Positions 16,645 through 22,149 of a DNA stretch of 35,349 nt are shown piece after piece; the stretch's first letter is position 1, and the number at the start of each line of letters is the position of its first letter. The stretch spans positions 1 through 35,349 of the IMG/VR virus record IMGVR_UViG_3300045988_110070. One strand, written 5' to 3'. The stretch comes from a virus. The notes beneath the pieces are model-generated. The model did not search any database. It had not been told where the DNA came from and worked only from the letters and a program-made list of their open reading frames with translations. Both the position numbers and the translations under genes were made by a program.

Positions 16645-17226
16645 TCAGCGGTTGCCGAAGTAGTAGTGCTCCGGGTCGAAGGCCGTGCGGGCCTCGACGA
16701 GCGCGAGGTCGAGGAGCTCCTCGATGCCGCTCGTCTTGTCCGCGTAGTGGTGGTACGCGGGGTCGTAGGGGCTGACGTAGTCGAGGAGGCCGTTGCGCCA
16801 GGAGATGGCGGAATGGCTGACGCCGGTCGAGATGACCAGCACGGGGTCTCCGCCGCGGTCCTCGTTGCCCGTCGACAGGGATTCGCCTTCCCGGAGCAGT
16901 GGTCGCAGGTGGGCGACCGCGTCGGCGAAAACCGCTTCGGGGTCCGGCGGGGGCTCCGGGGCGCCGTTGCGGCGGGCGTGCTCGAGGACGGCCTTGATCG
17001 TCCGATCGGCGTTGTCCGCCCCGGGGTGCCACACCTCGAGAGCGCCTTCCGTCTCGAGGGCGTACAGGCCTTCCGCCTCGATGGCGTACACCCACACGGC
17101 CAGTCCCGCGGTGGCGATGATGTACATGGTGTCGCCGAAGGCTCTGTGCTTGGTGGGCTCCTCGACCATGGTCTCCCCTTCGATGAGGTGGGAGCGGAGG
17201 AGTGCTTCGATGTCGGAGAGGCGCAT
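16645..17226 (-). CDS. Hypothetical protein with two internal copies of the paralog-set domain
   Basis: 193-aa ORF. Its N- and C-halves each resemble the 94-aa neighbour. Confidence 0.65.
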   Translation of the reverse strand: MRLSDIEALLRSHLIEGETMVEEPTKHRAFGDTMYIIATAGLAVWVYAIEAEGLYALETEGALEVWHPGADNADRTIKAVLEHARRNGAPEPPPDPEAVFADAVAHLRPLLREGESLSTGNEDRGGDPVLVISTGVSHSAISWRNGLLDYVSPYDPAYHHYADKTSGIEELLDLALVEARTAFDPEHYYFGNR

Positions 17227-17237
17227 TGGTTCTGCTT

Positions 17238-17384
17238 TCAGCTGTGGCGGATGTTGATCGTCCGGGTGCGGCCGGTGGCCGGGTCGGTGTAGGCGATGTG
17301 TTTCCAGTCGGCCATCTCGGCCCGTTCGACGCGCCTCCGGTATCGGGCTGCTGCCGCTTTCTCGGCCTCGGATCGGTTTCTCAT
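17238..17384 (-). CDS. Small basic protein (48 aa; below the ORF-track cut-off)
   Basis: Hand translation: MRNRSEAEKAAAARYRRRVERAEMADWKHIAYTDPATGRTRTINIRHS. Fills the gap between neighbouring genes. No clear SD sequence. Confidence 0.35.
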   Translation of the reverse strand: MRNRSEAEKAAAARYRRRVERAEMADWKHIAYTDPATGRTRTINIRHS

Positions 17385-17404
17385 TGCAGTGTTCTGGGGG
17401 ATAT

Positions 17405-17698
17405 TCATGGCAGTGGCAGGTTTCTCAGAATGTTTTCCGCGGCGGCTTCAGCATTCTTGTATTCGAATACCGGGGCTTGCGGGAGCGGCTTATTGGATGA
17501 AGCAACAATGATGTTGAGGTCGTTGCTCACGACTGCGACGCCGCGCCCTGGAATCACGATTGCGTGCTTCTGGACGGTCTCCAGCGCGGACCTCGCGGCG
17601 ACCGGCTTAGCTTCGGCGGGGAATCCTCGTCTGCCGATTTCCTTGGCAATGTCGTTGGTCATCGACCAGGGGGTCCTCTTCGAGCGGAGGCCGAACAT
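17405..17698 (-). CDS. Hypothetical protein (97 aa), paralog of the upstream 97-aa gene
   Basis: The ORF shares 1 nt (TGATG) with the upstream stop. Its 3' third lies in a visibly lower-GC patch. Confidence 0.6.
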   Translation of the reverse strand: MFGLRSKRTPWSMTNDIAKEIGRRGFPAEAKPVAARSALETVQKHAIVIPGRGVAVVSNDLNIIVASSNKPLPQAPVFEYKNAEAAAENILRNLPLP

Positions 17699-17991
17699 CA
17701 GTTCTCCTCGAGGGACAGGAGGCTTCTGACGATCCGGCCGGCGTCCTCGGGGGCGGTCGGGTAGGAGATGTGGGTGGCGGCCTTCGACACGTACACGATC
17801 CGGTTGTGGTGGACGGCGACCTTCGCGGTGCAGGCGGTGCTCCCGCTCCTGACGATGGCCGCGACCGCGGTGGCGCAGTAACCGGGCCGGTCGACCTTGG
17901 AGACGACGGCGCCGTAGCCGGTCATGTTCTCGCGGACCTGGTTCGCGATGAGGGTCGCGGTGTCGTTCTGGTCGGTGGTTGACAGGTACAT
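17698..17991 (-). CDS. Hypothetical protein (97 aa)
   Basis: Start at ATG 17991 with RBS GGAAGGAAC. This trims the 223-aa ORF-track extension. Confidence 0.6.
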   Translation of the reverse strand: MYLSTTDQNDTATLIANQVRENMTGYGAVVSKVDRPGYCATAVAAIVRSGSTACTAKVAVHHNRIVYVSKAATHISYPTAPEDAGRIVRSLLSLEEN

Positions 17992-18035
17992 GGGGTGTTC
18001 CTTCCTGAGGCCGTAGGAGCGTTTCTGAGCGGCGT

Positions 18036-18296
18036 TCAGCGGGGGGCCGGTGCCTGGTACTGGGCGGGGACCGTTCGTGCCGCAGCGTGGCGGAGAGTGG
18101 CCTTCCTGCGGTTGCTGGACCGGGTGGCTCGGATGGCGACCGGCGCGCCGACGATGAGGCCGAGGACGACGGTCGTCGTGACGCGGCCGGTGACCAGGGC
18201 GAAGGCGGAGGCCAGGGTCCAGACGATGCCGAGGGCGGCGACCCAGGTGATCAGGGCGGTGCCTGCGCGGCTGGGGAGCTGGGCGGTGGTGTTCAT
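18036..18296 (-). CDS. Membrane protein (two predicted TM segments); first gene of the leftward operon
   Basis: 86 aa with RBS GGGAGGAA. TM-like segments GTALITWVAALGIVWTLASAFALV and TTTVVLGLIVGAPVAI. Confidence 0.65.
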   Translation of the reverse strand: MNTTAQLPSRAGTALITWVAALGIVWTLASAFALVTGRVTTTVVLGLIVGAPVAIRATRSSNRRKATLRHAAARTVPAQYQAPAPR

Positions 18297-18340
18297 TCGG
18301 TTCCTCCCGGGTGGTGGGTGTTGATTGAGTTGACGGGACC

Positions 18341-18369
18341 AATCTACGGCGTGTCGACACGCCAGTCAA
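18341..18369 (-). promoter_or_regulatory. Leftward early promoter (sigma-70/SigA type)
   Basis: Minus strand reads TTGACT (18369..18364), a 17-nt spacer, then TAGATT (18346..18341). There are 44 nt from the -10 to ATG 18296, with GGGAGGAA in between. Confidence 0.7.
18348..18363. promoter_or_regulatory. Perfect 16-bp palindrome (candidate operator) filling the promoter spacer
   Basis: GGCGTGTCGACACGCC is its own reverse complement. It occupies 16 of the 17 spacer positions of the leftward promoter. Confidence 0.6.
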
Positions 18370-18413
18370 CCCACGTCACGGTGATATCGGTCACGGTCTA
18401 GGGAGGTGGGTGG

Positions 18414-18477
18414 GGGGTACCAAAGTGAGACGACAGGGGTATCAAAGTGAGACGACAGGGGGGTATCAAAGTGAGAC
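18414..18477 (+). repeat. Three tandem direct repeats (iterons or operator array)
   Basis: GGGGTACCAAAGTGAGACGACA (18414..18435), GGGGTATCAAAGTGAGACGACA (18436..18457) and GGGGTATCAAAGTGAGAC (18460..18477). Spacing is 22 and 24 bp. An AT-rich patch follows at 18479..18503. Confidence 0.85.
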
Positions 18478-18638
18478 CCAAACCTTATCCAAGAGAATAA
18501 ACACCCCCCTACCCCCCACTGCCGGCAGCCGGCCGGGACCACGACAGCCCGCCACCGGCGCCGCCGGCAGCGGACAGACGCGGCCCCGGCGGCAACCAAC
18601 CAGCCGACACCTGGTACGGTTGACCCGTTGGTTGAACA

Positions 18639-18717
18639 GCTGGCCTCATGGTTTTTGTGTTGTGTTCCCCAGAGGCCAGCCGGGGCCCGGGTCGAGCCAC
18701 GAAGCTCCCCGGGCCCC
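18639..18717 (+). other. Two consecutive stable stem-loops upstream of the rightward early operon
   Basis: Hairpin A: GCTGGCCTC (18639..18647) with GAGGCCAGC (18672..18680) and a T/G-rich 24-nt loop. Hairpin B: GGGGCCCGGG (18682..18691) with CCCGGGCCCC (18708..18717) and a 16-nt loop. Confidence 0.5.
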
Positions 18718-18766
18718 AACCAACAGGCCCACAGAACACAAAAACCAACACAACACGGAGAGAGGC

Positions 18767-19570
18767 ATGGAGTACTACAACACCCAGGTCATCGGCGCCA
18801 TAAACATCCGCCCCTACTGGAAACGCCACGACCTCACCGGCGGAGACATCGCCACCCTCACCGCACTCTGCACCTGGTGGAACTGCGAACACATCTACCC
18901 GTCATGGGCCGCCATCGAACAACGCTCGGGACAGTCGCGCCCCACAGTCGCCCGCGCACTCAAGCACCTCGCCGGACTCGGCATCATCGAAACCCGTCGC
19001 ACCGCCGGAAACACCAACGAATACGCCATCCACCTCGACGCTCTCCTCAACCACGACGGCCTCGTAGCCGCCGGCACCACCAGCCACGACCGACTCACTG
19101 AACAACCCCGCACCTACAAGCCGCTCACCCCCGTCGCCGACCGAGTCACCGAAAACGACATCGCCCGCGCACGAGCCAGACACGACAAGGCCGCAGCCAA
19201 GAAACAAGCACAGAAAGCACAGGAAGCCCAGGAACGGGCCGAATTCAACAAAACCTACCCGGGCACCAAAGCCACCATCCGGGACTGGCAGAAAGCCAGA
19301 CAGCACGCCACAGCCCGGGAAATCACCGACGGCGCACGCGCCTACGCGGACCAATGCCGCCGCCGTGAAACACCCGCCCGGTACATCCGGACCGCACGCC
19401 GCTGGCTCGAAGACCACGACTGGGAGAACTACCAGCCCCGGGAACCGGCCGACACGGACGACCTCCTCGGCAAACCCCGCATCAACGACGCGGACCTCGT
19501 CAACGCGGAAGCCGACCCGGAACTCATAGCCAGCATCACAGCGATGTGGGACAACGCGACCAACAACTGA
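18767..19570 (+). CDS. Winged-helix DNA-binding protein, probable replication initiator / replisome organizer (helicase loader)
   Basis: Start at ATG 18767 with RBS GGAGAGAGG. The wHTH-like segment is AAIEQRSGQSRPTVARALKHLAGLGIIETRR. The C-terminal ARYIRTARRWLEDHDWENY resembles the WL..W motif of replisome-organizer/DnaD-type proteins. Lies directly upstream of dnaB. Confidence 0.55.
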   Translation: MEYYNTQVIGAINIRPYWKRHDLTGGDIATLTALCTWWNCEHIYPSWAAIEQRSGQSRPTVARALKHLAGLGIIETRRTAGNTNEYAIHLDALLNHDGLVAAGTTSHDRLTEQPRTYKPLTPVADRVTENDIARARARHDKAAAKKQAQKAQEAQERAEFNKTYPGTKATIRDWQKARQHATAREITDGARAYADQCRRRETPARYIRTARRWLEDHDWENYQPREPADTDDLLGKPRINDADLVNAEADPELIASITAMWDNATNN

Positions 19571-19594
19571 ACCCACCGGGAAAGGAGCACACGA

Positions 19595-20848
19595 ATGGAA
19601 ACCACCACCATCGAACAGTGCCTCATCGGCTCCGCCCTCGCAGGCGGCGAAGCGCAAACCGACACCGCCTGGTCCACCACACCGGACATGATCGCCAACA
19701 CCAGATACGCCGTCCTCTGGGGAATCATCCGCGACCACTGGGCGATGGGCAGGACCCCCACACCCGCTTCCGTCCTCGCCGAAGTCCGCAAGCCGGCCAC
19801 CGGAGAGGACATCCTCGACTGCGTCCACGCGTCCGTGAACCCCGCCGACGCGGACCACTACGCCCTGCTCGTCCAGGAAGCCTCCGCCAAACGGGACGTC
19901 CACGACGTGCTCACCCGCGCCGGGCAGCTCCTCCGAGGAGACGCGACCGCCGCCGAAGTGGCGTCCTGGACGCAGTCCCACATCGGCAGCACCGCCCCCG
20001 ACAGCGGCACCGTCTCCATGCCGTCCCTCGTCGACCAGTGGTACACGGCCAGGAAAGCGACCGGCGTCCGCACCCCATGGGCCAGCGTCAATGACATCGT
20101 CGGCCTGCACCGCGACGGCGGACTCCACGTCATCGGCGCCCGCCCCGCAGTCGGCAAGACTCTCTACGGCCTGTACCTCGCAGCCTGTGCCGCACACAAC
20201 GGCCGGCACGTCCTCTACGTATCCATGGAAATGCCAGCCCGCGAGCTGTTCCCCAGGCTCCTGTCCCAGGCCACGGGCGCCGCACTCAAGTACACAACCC
20301 GAGCGGAGCCAACACCCCACGACCTCACTGACACCCTCAACCGGGCCGCCGCCCAGATCGCGGCCTTGCCAATCCACGTCAGCGACAAGGCCGGCATGTC
20401 CGTCGAACAGGTCGCCGCGCTCGCACGCACCCTCCACCACAAACGGAAGCTCGGAGCTGTCGTCATCGACCACATGCAGCTCCTTGCCCCGTCCCGTGGC
20501 ATGCCCGGCTCCTCACTCAGGGAGATGGTCACCTACCAGTCGAGGGCGCTGAAAGAACTGGCCCTCGAGCTCGACGTTCCCGTGTTCGCCCTGTCGCAGC
20601 TGTCCCGCGCCTCCGAGATGAGGGACGACCTCGCCCCGAAGCTCGCCGACCTCCGCGAGTCGGGCAGCATCGAGCAGGACGCGGACACCGTCGCCCTCCT
20701 GTCCTTGCCCGTCCGCAACGGAGTGCCCGACAAGTCGCGGCTCGTCGTGTCCGTGGCCAAGAACCGGCACGGCGCGACAGGCGACACCGAGCTCATCCGC
20801 CGGCCCGCCATGGCCGTCCTCGCAGAACCCGCCCCGCAAGGCCACTGA
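19595..20848 (+). CDS. dnaB: DnaB-family replicative helicase
   Basis: RBS AAAGGAG. Walker A GARPAVGKT, Walker B VVIDHMQLL, then ALSQLSR and DLRESGSIEQDAD. 417 aa. Confidence 0.85.
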   Translation: METTTIEQCLIGSALAGGEAQTDTAWSTTPDMIANTRYAVLWGIIRDHWAMGRTPTPASVLAEVRKPATGEDILDCVHASVNPADADHYALLVQEASAKRDVHDVLTRAGQLLRGDATAAEVASWTQSHIGSTAPDSGTVSMPSLVDQWYTARKATGVRTPWASVNDIVGLHRDGGLHVIGARPAVGKTLYGLYLAACAAHNGRHVLYVSMEMPARELFPRLLSQATGAALKYTTRAEPTPHDLTDTLNRAAAQIAALPIHVSDKAGMSVEQVAALARTLHHKRKLGAVVIDHMQLLAPSRGMPGSSLREMVTYQSRALKELALELDVPVFALSQLSRASEMRDDLAPKLADLRESGSIEQDADTVALLSLPVRNGVPDKSRLVVSVAKNRHGATGDTELIRRPAMAVLAEPAPQGH

Positions 20849-20868
20849 CAGCCACGCAGACGGCCGAA

Positions 20869-20900
20869 CCCCCCTCACCCGGTACTCGGGTGCAGGGGGG
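20869..20900 (+). terminator. Stem-loop after dnaB
   Basis: CCCCCCTCACCCG pairs with CGGGTGCAGGGGGG (one bulged C) around a 5-nt loop GTACT. Starts 21 nt after the dnaB stop. Confidence 0.5.
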
Positions 20901-20997
20901 TGTCCGTTAGGCCGTCAGCGTCGCTCTCACGGCCTCCGCGCACCCGGGCGGGACGGATACCATAAGAACACTGACACCAACCGATAAGGGAGACCGC

Positions 20998-21210
20998 ATG
21001 ACCCGCACCCTCTACGCCACCGCACTCACCGCCGGCATCCTCTCCGGCATCCACGCCGCGCTCCTCTGGTGCGCCGGCCTCACCGCCGGGGAGCTCGACA
21101 TCTCCACCGCCCTCCTCTGGACAGTCATCTCCGCCGTCTGCCTCGCCTCGCTGCGCCCCATCCGCTGGGCCCGCAAGCACGGCAACCATCCGGGCTTCCA
21201 CCGCCGCTGA
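20998..21210 (+). CDS. Small membrane protein (two predicted TM segments)
   Basis: 70 aa with RBS AAGGGAG. TM-like segments LYATALTAGILSGIHAALLWCAGL and ALLWTVISAVCLASL. Confidence 0.6.
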   Translation: MTRTLYATALTAGILSGIHAALLWCAGLTAGELDISTALLWTVISAVCLASLRPIRWARKHGNHPGFHRR

Positions 21211-21217
21211 CAACCCG

Positions 21218-21251
21218 GGATCCCCGACGTCGACACAGGCGCCGGGGATCC
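21218..21251 (+). terminator. Stem-loop after the small membrane gene
   Basis: 9-bp arms GGATCCCCG and CGGGGATCC with a 16-nt loop. Confidence 0.3.
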
Positions 21252-21365
21252 GTCCATCTCCATGCCCCCACCGCACCGCACAACACGGACCGGGACCTTG
21301 TACCCGGGGAAGGAGCGCACCCCACCCGCGCGCACGCACCCCGTTGGGGCTATAACACCGAACCA

Positions 21366-21395
21366 GAGATATACAGGTAGTAGATAGTAGGCACC
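21366..21395 (-). promoter_or_regulatory. AT-rich patch with TAG/CTA trinucleotide repeats (DnaA-trio-like) plus a GC spacer
   Basis: GAGATATACAGGTAGTAGATAGTAG followed by GCACC. The bottom strand reads GGTGC-CTACTATCTACTACC immediately 3' of two DnaA boxes. Confidence 0.5.
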
Positions 21396-21412
21396 TGTGG
21401 ATATGTGGATAA
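21396..21412 (-). promoter_or_regulatory. Two abutting DnaA boxes (minus orientation)
   Basis: The plus strand TGTGGATATGTGGATAA corresponds to ATATCCACA (21396..21404) and a perfect TTATCCACA (21404..21412) on the minus strand. Confidence 0.75.
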
Positions 21413-21505
21413 CCCCCGACACCGTTGCAATCCCAACCATCCCCCATCCACAACCACCTGTGGGCAACTCGGGGGGCGCAGTGGATCACTGGTATGCACA
21501 ACCAC

Positions 21506-21560
21506 TTATCCACAGGTTATCCACAACCGATCCACAGGGATACCCACAGGGATATCCACA
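21506..21560 (+). promoter_or_regulatory. Phased array of five DnaA boxes (plus orientation)
   Basis: TTATCCACA (21506), TTATCCACA (21517), CGATCCACA (21528), ATACCCACA (21540) and ATATCCACA (21552). Start-to-start spacing is 11, 11, 12 and 12 bp. Confidence 0.75.
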
Positions 21561-21626
21561 TGACCCAGCACACAGGGTAGGACTGAAGACCCGCCCCGGG
21601 AAGACTCGAACACCGGGAATCCACAA

Positions 21627-21659
21627 CCCGGACACCCACCACCCAGACACCCCCCACCC
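21627..21659 (-). other. G-quadruplex-type motif on the minus strand (C-run / i-motif on plus)
   Basis: Plus-strand C-runs at 21627-29, 21635-37, 21642-44, 21650-55 and 21657-59, with loops of 5, 4, 5 and 1 nt. This fits the (G3+ N1-7)x4 pattern on the minus strand. Confidence 0.45.
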
Positions 21660-21705
21660 GGACAGGAACCACTCACCCCCCCCGTGCACCCCCTAGGATG
21701 AACCC

Positions 21706-22149
21706 ATGGCATGGACCACCAGCACACGCAAACAACGACTCCCGAACAACTGGAACAAAATAAGACAACAAGTCCTACAAAGAAACAACAACAAATGCGC
21801 CGGACTCCCACGCCCCACGGGCACCCCCACCCAGATGGCCACGGGCACCACCACACCCACCGGGAGGTGGCACGCCGCCGGATGCAACCGGCACGCCACA
21901 GACGTCGACCACATCACACCCGGAGACAACCATTCAATAGACAACCTGCAGCCCCTATCCCGCGCCTGCCACCACGCCAAGACCACCGCCGAGACCCTCG
22001 CACGCACAGCCGCACGACACGCAATGACACAACACAAACACGCGCCGCACCCGAACACGCAACAAACACAAAACAAAAACAAAACAAAACGAAACGAAGA
22101 AAAACCAAACGAAACACGAAGCCGAAACCTGCGCGAACGCTTCACATGA
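21706..22149 (+). CDS. HNH endonuclease with an insertion and a low-complexity tail
   Basis: WNKIRQQVLQRNNNKC ... GCNRHATDVDHITPGDNHSIDNLQPLSRACHHAKT matches the phage HNH layout. About 25 aa of P/T/G-rich sequence lies between the Cys pairs. The C-terminal K/N/T/Q tail is encoded by A/C-only DNA. Confidence 0.75.
   Translation: MAWTTSTRKQRLPNNWNKIRQQVLQRNNNKCAGLPRPTGTPTQMATGTTTPTGRWHAAGCNRHATDVDHITPGDNHSIDNLQPLSRACHHAKTTAETLARTAARHAMTQHKHAPHPNTQQTQNKNKTKRNEEKPNETRSRNLRERFT

Noticed and set aside
15341-17095. 584-aa ORF. Also the upstream extensions of 14302..15288, 14976..15707, 17698..18369, 2591..4222, 9477..10073 and 10647..10901.
   Set aside because: Only the downstream parts have protein-like sequence and RBS or overlap-coupled starts. 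The extensions are Arg/Pro-rich and overlap well-supported genes in other frames.
18414-18477. Possibility that the three direct repeats are a mini CRISPR array.
   Set aside because: The repeats are contiguous with no spacers, there are only three copies, and no cas genes or leader are present.
18612-18620. TGGTACGGT as an extended -10 for the rightward early promoter. TTGACG at 18330..18335 and TTGACC/TTGAAC at about 18619..18637 were also considered as -35 elements.
   Set aside because: No properly spaced -35/-10 pair was found. I kept this only as a hypothesis in the leader finding, not as a feature.
18410-18766. N-terminal extension of the wHTH gene (ORF track start 18410).
   Set aside because: The extension runs through the three iterons (peptide repeats GYQSET) and both hairpins. 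A good RBS and ATG exist at 18767.
21227-21242. GTCGACAC in the loop of the 21218..21251 hairpin, resembling half of the promoter palindrome GGCGTGTCGACACGCC.
   Set aside because: Only an 8-mer is shared. The same 8-mer (or its complement) also occurs inside coding regions (around 14626 and 33146), so it is not specific.
21397-21696. 99-aa plus-strand ORF spanning the DnaA-box region (translation includes repeated PQGYPQGYP and HNPDTHHPDTPHPD).
   Set aside because: There is no RBS. The peptide periodicity simply mirrors the DNA repeats and C/A-rich low complexity, so I treat the region as noncoding. Proteomics or conservation could overturn this.
21694-21699. TAGGAT 6 nt upstream of the HNH ATG, as a leaderless-mRNA promoter.
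   Set aside because: It is plausible for Actinobacteria, but there is no -35 element, and the same bases can serve as a weak SD sequence. It cannot be decided from sequence alone.
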